From: Epithemia pelagica
Lineage: Eukaryota; Protista; Bacillariophyta
Direction: 5' to 3'
NCBI GenBank assembly: GCA_946965045.2
Contig: OX337232.1
Coordinates: 3,658,001-3,722,000 of the forward strand
DNA length: 64,000 nucleotides
A program made the position numbers and the translations under genes. A model generated the notes under the pieces. The model saw only the letters and a list, made by a program, of their open reading frames with translations, searched no databases and was not told where the DNA came from. Every line of letters starts with the position of its first letter. Positions within the stretch are counted from its first letter, which is position 1. Shown in pieces: positions 23,248-32,890 of the stretch.

Positions 23248-26136
23248 CTAAGTTTGATCGGCTTCTTTGCTCGCGATCTTCTTACCAGGTTTATAATTCG
23301 CGGCCACAAGCACCTTACGAGGATTGTCACTTAGGACGCAAACACGCTTGTCCCCGACCCAAAGCTTAACCCCAACGAGCCCACTTCGGCGAACACCAGG
23401 GATGTCTTTGTCATGGAAGTAGTAGTCGGAAAGCCTGCTTTCTCCAGAAGGAAGGTTGTAGGTGTTCTTTGGCATGGGATCGTGAACGGTCCCATCTTTT
23501 CCTTGGTACACGTAGAAATGTGCACGTGGATTCCCCATCTCCCCAGTCTTAAAGCCACCAGCATGGACAGTATCTCCTCGAACGAGGAGAAACGTGCCAT
23601 ATGGGATATGTACCACTTTACCCAGCTCGTTCATATAATCCTTGTGCTTCTCACCGCGGAAACTCCACAATTCAACGGACATACCCTCCTCCGCCAGGGG
23701 CATGAAAACAATAAAAGGCATGCGTTCCCGGAGTGGCAGATCTGCATTCGCTCTCCGAGTCTTTTTGATTGGTTGCTTCCCGGAGGGCGTTTTGGGACCT
23801 TCGGACATGTTCCCTGTTACGCTCTGGAACAAGAAGTCGATGTGAGGTTCTTGAACTTTTGCCTCTGTGGTCTTCATGAACGAAAGGTGAATGTTGATTT
23901 GGTCCGCAAATGAATCATCTTTTGCGTAGTTCATCCCATAGAGAGCTGAGGCAAGCAGCTGCTTGAAATTGGCCGTGACCTTTGCAGCATGTTCGGGGTT
24001 AACGTGGCCGAAATACCGAATGTTGGACACCATTCCCTCATGTTCCATCATTGCCATCAACAAATTTGGTGTGTAGTCTTGAACAGATTTGAAAAATTTG
24101 CCCTTTCCTTTCTGGTCCAAGCCTGTGCTGTGCCACGCATTCTCCAACATTTCGAGGAGATCTGGCGGAGTTGTCAAAAAATATCCTCGATACATTTTGT
24201 TTTCAATATCGTACAGCCATTTGAAATACTTCGAGCGCAATTCTCTATGTAACAACTTCATTTCCTCGAAACGCTCATTCTCCTTCGCTTTCGCATCGAT
24301 CGCTTCCATCTCCTCAAAAATACTATCCGTGTCATCTTCTGCCATTACCACTGGTACGAACATTCCAGTACTAGGGCTGGGATTGGCTTGAGTGGCGGGT
24401 TGAGCTTGTGCTGCAGGTAGGACGGGACTGCTGGGAAGGAGCACGGGTTGAGCTTGTGCTGCAGGTGGGATGGGATTGCTCGGAAGGAGGTGGGGTGAGC
24501 CTTCGACCGGCTGGGTCGTGCGTTGTTGTTGCTGCTGATGATGGAGCGATGAAGGTAGAGTCCCCCCGTAACCTCCATAGTTGGGTTGATTGTAGGACGG
24601 AGGATGTCCATGGTACTGCGGCGGAGGATGACTCGTCGGAGGATGAGGATAATGCGGCGGAGGATAAGGATAATGCGGCGGAGGATGATGATTGTACTGC
24701 GGCGGAGGGTAATTGTACTGCGGCGGAGGATAATTGTACTGCGGCGGAGGATGGTGATAATATTGCGGAGGATAATGCGGCGGCAGCTGAGGGGGCGAAT
24801 TGTAGTGCTCAGAAACGTCTTGCGGAGGAGGCGGAGAAGGAAGAGCAGGAGGACGAGCAACAGCAGCAACTGGGCGGAAAACAGTAGTAGAAGAGGTAGC
24901 GAAAGCCTTCTTTGTTTTTTTCCCGTCGTCTTCATTTTCATCACTGGGTCGACCGCGTTTCTTTCCCTCGTCTTCGTCGTCGTCACCTTTCGTCGACGGT
25001 CGGATAACCTGTTCGGAGGACGTCGGCGATTCGTCCGAAAGGTTATAAAACAAAGACAGCTCGTCGCCCTTTTCGATCCGCTTGATTGCCTTGACTAGAA
25101 GATTCGGCATGATTCTCACGTTGTAATGATCATCCGATTCATCCGGTGGATTGTCTGTACCGTACCGATGGTGTAGGTGGTCGTTGATTAAGTGCAGCCC
25201 CATGCCGAAGTGATCGTCGTTGTCTGCTTGAAGCCTTCGATTGTCACGTCCGAACTGAATCGCGTACTCGTTGGGTACACCGAACTGAATCGCGTACTCG
25301 TTGGGTACAACTGTCCGAGACGTGACGTCGTTTCCCGTGTACGCACCAATCACTTCACCATCTTTGATTGTCCGAGCTGCAAAAACGCCAAACCCGGCGC
25401 CTGGGAGTTTTGACTCCTTCACCTCAAACAGAAGCACTTTTCCAAGGTAGATCTTGACTACCGGATTGTTCGCAAATGTGTAACCGACATGCTTGCCGAT
25501 CGGGAAGGTATGTTTTCTGTTCTTCTTGACAGAGAGACCCATTCCACTCGAAAGTGGCACAATCTTCCCCTTTTGCATGCCAGAACCGGGCTTCCGAATT
25601 GGAGCTTCTTGGACCGAAAAAGTGGCCGAAATCTTCCGTGAGACATACTCTCCCATAGCACAGGCAAGTACAGCACTGTCTTTGATCTTGGAGAGCGTCT
25701 TGAGGCCTTCGGTGAATTTCCTGATTGGATCCCGTCCAGAACGAGAAGGGAGTTTCTCCACTTCCTCGATGCCTTTCTTGTAGTCCTCTGTGCGCGTATC
25801 GATGAGGAGCTGCCGCATTTGAGTTTCCGAATACTGTTTGCTGTGGTCCTTCTCTGGATGGCCACGCCGAACATCTGCAAGCTTTTTATCCTTCACTTCG
25901 GCAAAGTCTTGATCCGAAAGAAACCGATGGTGCTTTGTTGTTGTCGCTTCGTCTGTTGCTGCTGCTTCGGGTGCTGCGGCTGCTGCTGCTTCGGGCGCCG
26001 CTGCTGCTTTGGCTGACTGCTCTTCCGCTGCATCTATTGCAAGTATAAGAGCGTCAAGATTTCCTTTGTCACTCATGCTGTCTCGTTTTTGAGCGCCTGC
26101 TTTTGAATACTGTTTCTTAGGGCTTGGTTTCCCCAT
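23248..26136 (-). CDS. SET domain + C-terminal 2OG-Fe(II) dioxygenase fusion protein (cargo C)
   Basis: Minimal SET domain (VKESKLPGAGFGVFAARTIKDGEVIGAYTG…LHLINDH…VKAIKRIEKGDELSLFY). Pro/Tyr/His-rich linker. DSBH motifs QEPHIDF (HxD), FIVFMPL, VHIPYGTFLLVRGDTVHAG (distal H) and NPRAHFY (R). Likely ATG at 26136. Confidence 0.8.
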   Translation of the reverse strand: MGKPSPKKQYSKAGAQKRDSMSDKGNLDALILAIDAAEEQSAKAAAAPEAAAAAAPEAAATDEATTTKHHRFLSDQDFAEVKDKKLADVRRGHPEKDHSKQYSETQMRQLLIDTRTEDYKKGIEEVEKLPSRSGRDPIRKFTEGLKTLSKIKDSAVLACAMGEYVSRKISATFSVQEAPIRKPGSGMQKGKIVPLSSGMGLSVKKNRKHTFPIGKHVGYTFANNPVVKIYLGKVLLFEVKESKLPGAGFGVFAARTIKDGEVIGAYTGNDVTSRTVVPNEYAIQFGVPNEYAIQFGRDNRRLQADNDDHFGMGLHLINDHLHHRYGTDNPPDESDDHYNVRIMPNLLVKAIKRIEKGDELSLFYNLSDESPTSSEQVIRPSTKGDDDEDEGKKRGRPSDENEDDGKKTKKAFATSSTTVFRPVAAVARPPALPSPPPPQDVSEHYNSPPQLPPHYPPQYYHHPPPQYNYPPPQYNYPPPQYNHHPPPHYPYPPPHYPHPPTSHPPPQYHGHPPSYNQPNYGGYGGTLPSSLHHQQQQQRTTQPVEGSPHLLPSNPIPPAAQAQPVLLPSSPVLPAAQAQPATQANPSPSTGMFVPVVMAEDDTDSIFEEMEAIDAKAKENERFEEMKLLHRELRSKYFKWLYDIENKMYRGYFLTTPPDLLEMLENAWHSTGLDQKGKGKFFKSVQDYTPNLLMAMMEHEGMVSNIRYFGHVNPEHAAKVTANFKQLLASALYGMNYAKDDSFADQINIHLSFMKTTEAKVQEPHIDFLFQSVTGNMSEGPKTPSGKQPIKKTRRANADLPLRERMPFIVFMPLAEEGMSVELWSFRGEKHKDYMNELGKVVHIPYGTFLLVRGDTVHAGGFKTGEMGNPRAHFYVYQGKDGTVHDPMPKNTYNLPSGESRLSDYYFHDKDIPGVRRSGLVGVKLWVGDKRVCVLSDNPRKVLVAANYKPGKKIASKEADQT

Positions 26137-26548
26137 GGTCGAAACGCAAAAACTCGAAACACGAAACACAAGAAACACGAAACGCAGCATTCTCCTCAGC
26201 CCTCAGCTCACATTCCAAAAAAAAAATCTTGAGCTCACATACTAAAAAACGGTGAAGTTTTGGTATGTGGGCTGAGTTACTTAAGGATTTGCGTGCCAGT
26301 TTTGCGATGCGTGCGCGTTTTCGGAGAGGGAGGCGTGTTTCGCGCGAGGTCTGCTCCGAAAATCGTCCATTTTCTCGCTCTCTCACATTTTCGAGGTACT
26401 TACAAACTGATAATCCAACACGCAACACGAGCACGCAACACGGAAGTGATCATTGATACCAATAACTGACAAGAAATACATTCAATAAAATGGATTGCTC
26501 TTATAAATAGTTAAGTTACATGCATTTTGATGATAAATGGAGATTAGA

Positions 26549-29500
26549 TCAGGTTTCTACTGCGCCAGATCCTTGCGTTTCTCTCCAGAGACGTGAGATG
26601 AAGCCATGATCTTGGTCGAAGGCGGATCGGTGACACTTGATTGCTTTTGACATCTTTTCAATTTCGGCATACGAGAGGCCCGCAGCTGCATAGTCTCTGT
26701 TGTTGGAATTTTGATCGTATAACAAGTACGCGAGCATATAGCGACGTGCCTTTGCTGACATTTTCCGCATGATTTCGGGTGTTGTTTTCTTCAGGCTCGC
26801 TGTCAAACATCGTAAAAAGGCAGCTTTGTCTTTCTTCTCATTCAGTGAGAAAGCACGAAAGACTTTTTTTGAGTAACCCCAGCCATACTCGATCCCCTCA
26901 CCGGCCATTTCACAGTGATACTTGGTCGATACGAGAATCTCGATCCTGCAACGATGTCGTTCAGACAAGTCTTCCGCCAGCTTCTCCATTGCAGATTTTT
27001 CGTTCTTGAAATCGGAGCATTCGCTCATCAGATGAACCATAGAGTACTTTTTGTAGTCCGCCTGATAGGCTTCTTTCACAGTCTTCTTATCCGCTTCCAA
27101 CCATGCATCTCTGGTTGTCTTGACGTACTTGATCATGTTGTTAGGGTCTATCCACCCCCGCTCCCATAACACTTGAAAGAGCCCTTTTGCAGCATTCATC
27201 CAGCCTTCCTCGATCACGTCATCTTCAATCACCGTTGCAATGTTGGAGCGTTTACAAAGGTCCTGTAGTTCACCAGCATTTTTCGATTGAAATGAACGTT
27301 GCATTCCAGGTCCCATGACCCGGACAAGTTTTGCCATGAGCTCCTTCTTTGTGAGGTTGCGCTTTTTCTTTCTACCAGTTCGGTGTGTATTCTTCGATGC
27401 GACACGCTGCGCGTCATTGAGACGATGGCCTTTTTTAGCAACTGGACCACGATCGTTCTCCTGATAGACGAGGTGTTGTACGTCACCAACTCGTAGTTTG
27501 TCGTCATGGTTGTACGGGCCAAGGCAAGCTTGATCAATAATTTGTGTGTCCCGCATGCTGGGAACAGCTCCTCCCCAGTCGTTATTCATGTTCAGAGCAT
27601 TTAACCCATCGGATTGTTGTTTTCCATGACCACTGCTTTGGTCGAACAAAAAGACAAAGTCATGGGCGGGGAACATGACCACGAGGCAATCGACAATATC
27701 CTCCAACTGCAAGGCCATGTATTCATAATTCCAATATCCCTCTTTATCTGCTCCGTATTCAAAAAAGCGAGTGAACGGTTGGGCATTGGTAATTGGAGTC
27801 TTGGCAGTGTGACCATTGAGGTTCACTGCAGCCTCGGTAGAGACGTATTTGTTGTGTGTCGCATGTAGACGGAGTTCATTAATCCAAAATAGACTCGCAG
27901 CAAGCAACGGGTTTCCGTTCATAAGGAAGCCCCATGATCGGCTTACAAAAGCGCTGATCATCATCCCATGTCCATCATCCTTTGGCAGCATTTTAGTTGC
28001 GCCATCTTTAGTGTACCATGCCTTAGACGAGAAGGAAAACTGCTTGTAGATCGGTTCGTCCTGGCCGATGAGGATGACAGGTTTGCGGTCGGAGGGAAAC
28101 CTGTGTGACAAGTTTCCATTGTGAATTGTGTTTTCTGGTTTGATGTACCGTTCAAATTCGCTTGGGAAGGCATCAACATGGTACTCCCGCATCTGCTTGC
28201 CTGTTGTTACATCAGTGTACTCAAATACAAAGCTGTTTGGCAAGAGCTTCTCCTTGCCCGCATTCCCTTCGTTTTCAAGTTTGATTGCATCCTCGGTAGG
28301 GAGCTGCACCCACCGATACGACAGCTCTTCCCACTTAAAGTACTTCTTGACAAAAGCAGCTCTGTGGGCAACATTCTCAGCATTTTCGTGTCGATCAGTG
28401 AAGTATGTTTTCGTGTGTTCCTTGAACACGAGCCCTGCAGCAGCAATACATCGCCACGCTGTGCTTTGCAAAATGGTGGAAAGCTTCATCGATGCCAAGA
28501 AGGCCTCGTACGATACTGGCGTTGCATTCGTATCCATGCACTCTTGTACGATCATGGTATGCATATCCGGAAGCAATGTTGTCCTCAGGTACATTAGAGC
28601 AGACTCTGTTGTAAGAGTGCTCAGGTTTTCCTTTGCCCAGCATTCAAACTTTACCTTTGCTTCAGGTATGTGAACGAATAAGACGGGCGATGGCTCTTTC
28701 CCAATATGAACGTGGTAGTTGGGATGAGGGAAACTGTCGTTTTCCCGAAAGTACCTGTGAAAACGAGCAATGGTCTTGGGATGTTTTTTTACTTTTTCAC
28801 CATAAATCTGTTCCATTTTGCTAATGGCTTCGCTTATGCAGTTCAGCCATGTACGACCGTGTGGCATATCAAGCAACGCTATCTTATAAGAAAGTTGTAA
28901 ATACGTTGCCTTGAGCAGTACCCTCTGTTGCTGTTCCTGGTTGAGGGGGAAGATGTCTCCCTTGTTAACCACATTCGGAAGTGCCTCCACGTTGGAAATG
29001 GCCCTTTCAAGGGTTTCTATCCATCGCTCAAGATTTCGTTTTGACGATCCTGGAGAATCGCATTTGCCGGCAAAGAGCCTACGGTTCCTTGGCTCATCAA
29101 AATAGGCCCTTTCCATTTGTTGCGATAGACCTTGGATCATCTCACTCTCGAAAACTGAAAAACCAATCGGCAAACTCTGTGGATGGTCATGGCCAATTTC
29201 GTCTGTGGCCAATTCAGGATGTTGGATTGCTCCAACAAGCACCTGATTTGTGTTGTCGTGAGGTGGTGACGTTTGCATTTCGGTAGGGCTGTCTCCAATT
29301 TGTGGCGGTTGACCATGTTGCTGCGTTGCAGTGCTCTTGATTGCTGGTGGAGTTGAAGTGTTTCTTGCTTGCTTGGATGTATTTAGCGTGCCTTCACGCA
29401 ACCCTGGTGACTCTTTGTTCCTTCGCTTCGTTGGCTTCGCTCGTCCCGACCGCCGAATCATATTCTCGTCTGCAGCCTCCAGCCATTCTTGATGATCGTC

Positions 29501-29893
29501 CAACATCACTGGCCCTGTTGTTGTGTCGGAGCTTACATAAAAGAATGTGTATCTTTTCTTTTGGATTGTGACTTTGTGGCGGTACCAGCCAAACTTGTTT
29601 GATTCCGACACCTTAGTTTCGAAACAGAGTTTAAGAACAACATCTTTAGTCAAAACAAGATTCAGTCTGAATGGCGACAGTCCTGGCAGCCAAGTGTGCA
29701 TGAAGTTCACAATCTGGGTGTCTTGGATCCACTTGTTGCAGAACCCAAACGAGGATGGGGAGCATTGCGTCTTAAAGACGTCAAGAATCTCTTGTGCCGA
29801 TAAACTTCGTTCCATCCGAGACTGTGTTGCGTGGGATGAGTCGGATGATCGCGTCATTGAGTATGATGCCAACCCCGTACCTTGTTGCCCCAT
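26549..29893 (-). CDS. Large DDE transposase, IS630/Tc1/mariner-related (1114 aa)
   Basis: Putative triad LIGQDE (D at 28060), FLFDQSSGH (D at 27643) and KYHCEMAGEGIEYGWG (E at 26890). The ORF is uninterrupted and lies between TA-flanked TIRs. Confidence 0.85.
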   Translation of the reverse strand: MGQQGTGLASYSMTRSSDSSHATQSRMERSLSAQEILDVFKTQCSPSSFGFCNKWIQDTQIVNFMHTWLPGLSPFRLNLVLTKDVVLKLCFETKVSESNKFGWYRHKVTIQKKRYTFFYVSSDTTTGPVMLDDHQEWLEAADENMIRRSGRAKPTKRRNKESPGLREGTLNTSKQARNTSTPPAIKSTATQQHGQPPQIGDSPTEMQTSPPHDNTNQVLVGAIQHPELATDEIGHDHPQSLPIGFSVFESEMIQGLSQQMERAYFDEPRNRRLFAGKCDSPGSSKRNLERWIETLERAISNVEALPNVVNKGDIFPLNQEQQQRVLLKATYLQLSYKIALLDMPHGRTWLNCISEAISKMEQIYGEKVKKHPKTIARFHRYFRENDSFPHPNYHVHIGKEPSPVLFVHIPEAKVKFECWAKENLSTLTTESALMYLRTTLLPDMHTMIVQECMDTNATPVSYEAFLASMKLSTILQSTAWRCIAAAGLVFKEHTKTYFTDRHENAENVAHRAAFVKKYFKWEELSYRWVQLPTEDAIKLENEGNAGKEKLLPNSFVFEYTDVTTGKQMREYHVDAFPSEFERYIKPENTIHNGNLSHRFPSDRKPVILIGQDEPIYKQFSFSSKAWYTKDGATKMLPKDDGHGMMISAFVSRSWGFLMNGNPLLAASLFWINELRLHATHNKYVSTEAAVNLNGHTAKTPITNAQPFTRFFEYGADKEGYWNYEYMALQLEDIVDCLVVMFPAHDFVFLFDQSSGHGKQQSDGLNALNMNNDWGGAVPSMRDTQIIDQACLGPYNHDDKLRVGDVQHLVYQENDRGPVAKKGHRLNDAQRVASKNTHRTGRKKKRNLTKKELMAKLVRVMGPGMQRSFQSKNAGELQDLCKRSNIATVIEDDVIEEGWMNAAKGLFQVLWERGWIDPNNMIKYVKTTRDAWLEADKKTVKEAYQADYKKYSMVHLMSECSDFKNEKSAMEKLAEDLSERHRCRIEILVSTKYHCEMAGEGIEYGWGYSKKVFRAFSLNEKKDKAAFLRCLTASLKKTTPEIMRKMSAKARRYMLAYLLYDQNSNNRDYAAAGLSYAEIEKMSKAIKCHRSAFDQDHGFISRLWRETQGSGAVET

Positions 29894-30409
29894 TGAGGGT
29901 GGTTCAAGTAAACCCTAAAGCGTCCGGATGCAGCTCGGCAACAAGGTACGCGGTTGGGATGGCCCTCCACCATGGTCGTTAGACAACAACCGTTTTTTCA
30001 TCATTTTCGACGGAATTCTAGCGTTCGGAAGCTGTCACACATCACGGTACGAATAAAAAAATTTATTATTCAGACACTGGGTTGTCACGAGTCGGACACT
30101 TTCATTCACTAGTCAGGCCAAACGCTATTGAGGATTATATTTTATGGTACTAAATCTACGAGGGGTCTACGTCAGGAACATACTCCCTGAACTCAGCTTG
30201 TAGGAGTAGATCTTTGTGTCCTTTGTGGGGTTTGTCCGACGCAACTTTCACTATAGATCGAAACAAAGTGTGCCAACCCAGAAGAGAATGGAAGAGAACC
30301 CACAAGTGCATACACAAATCGTGTCGAGCCCAAAATAGGTCTTGTTGTTGTGTCGCTGTTCTGTGATGCAAGCCACCACAAAAGCAGAACACATTTGTCG
30401 AGGATCGCA

Positions 30410-30447
<38 letters not shown>

Positions 30448-30653
30448 CTCTCTCTTGTCTATGGTACAAACTATGTATTAGCTACTCTTCATAACGCATG
30501 CAAAACGCCCAAGAGGGTTTATGTCACACTTTTTATGTATGGATCAGGTTCTACTAGATTGACTTGTAGGATTTTACTACTACAAAAAAAAGAAGAAACC
30601 CACCACACCAACGCAACAAGTCGTTATCTTTGGTTCGGTATTGGGTATCGAGC

Positions 30654-31778
30654 TTAGGCAAACCGGGCATCCCCCAAATCCTGCGGATCGCGAGACACAA
30701 TGTCATCCTCCTCATCTTCGTCTCGTCGAGTGGTATCCTCTTCTTCCTCTTCGGCTTCGTCAATGCGATCGTGTGGTGCCATGGAATTTTTGTTAGTGTT
30801 GTTGTTGTCGGCAATGGAGGATGACGACGTGTGTTGAAAGTGTTCGGTATCGGCCGTGGAAATGCTTTCATCGTCAAAAAACTGTGCTTGGGCGGGAGCC
30901 GGTTGTCCTGGATTGCCCGCGGCCGGGGTCCAACCAGCACCATCATCATTGCCATTGCCGGATGGCTGGGAAGGTGTTTGTTGACTGCCCGCGACATGAT
31001 GGACAAATCGTTCATCTTCATGATCGTACCAATAATCATCTTCTTCGCGTCCTCCCGGTGGTGGCATATCGGGTCGTTTGGGCGGCTGTGCCATGCTCTT
31101 GACCAGAATGGCCAACATGAGATAGGCCAGGAACGCGAAAATGGCATTGCCAGTCCCATTGGATACTTGGCACACATTTGCTTGACAAAACCAATTGCCA
31201 TACAAGAGACTGGTACAGGCCATGCAAATACTGGCCCACAAACAGCACCACAACAACCATCGTTCAAAGTTCCATGGTTTACAAAAGAAACAACAACTCC
31301 CAATTAAACAGATATAGGTGACGAGGCCCAACAAATCGCCGACATGGGCCAAATTACGAGCCCATTTCAACCAAAAATCGTACAATTCATCCGCTTCGTC
31401 GTCCGGATACAAGATGCAACCAAGATAATTTTCCTCGTCCCCATAGGCCACTTCGCGAGCAATCAAGCCATAGCCGCGTCGTGTCGTTTCCATCGGTTGG
31501 CCCGTGACTGGATTGAGTTCGGTAATGGTGGCAAATTTGCAACTCAGAATGACACACGTGTTCATCCAACGGGCAAATAAGGCTAGAATCACCCCCATGA
31601 CGGTATAACAGGGACCATGAGGACAACGACTATAGTATAGTAGGATTGTGTGTAAGAACAGTGGAATTGAACCAAAAACGTGTTGTTGGTACGAATGCCA
31701 ACCAACATCTAATCCAGTGAGCAAGCACAAGTATTGAAGAGTAATAAGGATGAGGTGGTCAATATCCATGCCACCCAA
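30654..31778 (-). CDS. Claudin-like four-TM membrane protein with acidic tail, paralog 1
   Basis: Pattern TM1-SCKF…GYGL…GCILY…D.WLKWAR-TM2…TM3…WFCQANVCQV..GTG-TM4. The 5' end is uncertain; a possible intron ends at a tatag acceptor before RCPHGPC. Confidence 0.6.
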   Translation of the reverse strand: MGGMDIDHLILITLQYLCLLTGLDVGWHSYQQHVFGSIPLFLHTILLYYSRCPHGPCYTVMGVILALFARWMNTCVILSCKFATITELNPVTGQPMETTRRGYGLIAREVAYGDEENYLGCILYPDDEADELYDFWLKWARNLAHVGDLLGLVTYICLIGSCCFFCKPWNFERWLLWCCLWASICMACTSLLYGNWFCQANVCQVSNGTGNAIFAFLAYLMLAILVKSMAQPPKRPDMPPPGGREEDDYWYDHEDERFVHHVAGSQQTPSQPSGNGNDDGAGWTPAAGNPGQPAPAQAQFFDDESISTADTEHFQHTSSSSIADNNNTNKNSMAPHDRIDEAEEEEEDTTRRDEDEEDDIVSRDPQDLGDARFA

Positions 31779-31897
31779 ACGAGAGGCTCTTCTACTCCAG
31801 TTGCTTCATCCCAAAGCAAGCAGCAAGAAAGCAAGCAAGAACACATTCAACACGGCATACGAGACAACTACACAAAGCAGCAGAGCAGAGGGACAGG

Positions 31898-31938
<41 letters not shown>

Positions 31939-32890
31939 ACAACTCGATCGAATCATACCCCGCTCCTTCAAACTACCACAGGACTCCATCTCTCGTTCCA
32001 CACACAACAGAACGGTACTTTTCGGAAACGTACCACAATCCCCACCAGAGGCAATCGGGCAATTTGCATCCAATCCAACAATTGAAAACTCGTTTCTTGA
32101 GAAACTGGATAAATTGCTTGAACGTACAACAACAAAACATGATGTTATTATTGCTGCTTGTCCACTTTCCTTTCGAGGATAGTCCTTGCGAATTGTTCGT
32201 GTTGGTGGCCAACCACACTGGGGCTTTTTCACACGGTCGATGTTTCCCTTTTTGTGGACGGCTCACAGAAATGGTTTCGGACCTTGTTGTTTTGATGAGG
32301 CATCTAGAGATTTGTTGCGACCCTCCTTTCCAATTTGCAAGAGACATTCTTGTACTCCCTATCCACACCAATAAGCAGTCGCGGTCTTCCGGTCCAGGTC
32401 ACGGTCACTTATTCGTGTTTCGTGTCGTAACGAATGGACCCAGCGTCCGTCCTTCCGCCCCATTCAAAGCTACCCGTACTATTGTGTGTCTTTGTGTCCT
32501 TTGGGTTTAGTCAGACGCAACTTTCACTATATTATCGATACACACAAATCAAACGAGAATGATGAGAACCATACACAAATCGTGTCGAACCAAAACAATA
32601 GGTCTTGTTGTTGTGCCGCTGTGCTGTGGATGGAGGATGCAAGCCACCAAAAGCAACACGGTTCTCGAGAATTGCAGCATCTCTCTCTTCTCTCTCTCTA
32701 CTATATGGTACAAACTATGTAGACACTCTTCATACCTGCAAACCGCTCTAGAGTTTGTGTCACACTTGTTATATATTATTTGGATCTGGTTCTACTTGAT
32801 TGACTTGTAGGATTTTACTACTACTGCTACAAAAAAAAAGAAGAAACCCACCACCAACGAAACAAGGTGGTTCGGTATTGGGTATCGAGC

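Larger units (their letters stand above)
20453..30200 (-). mobile_element. 9,748-bp IS630/Tc1/mariner-like DNA transposon with cargo genes
   Basis: 34-bp TIRs CAAGCTGAGTTCAG(ACAGA/GGAGT)ATGTTCCTGACGTAG at 20453-20486 and 30200-30167 (31/34 identical). TA at both ends (20451-52, 30201-02). DDE transposase inside. Confidence 0.9.
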
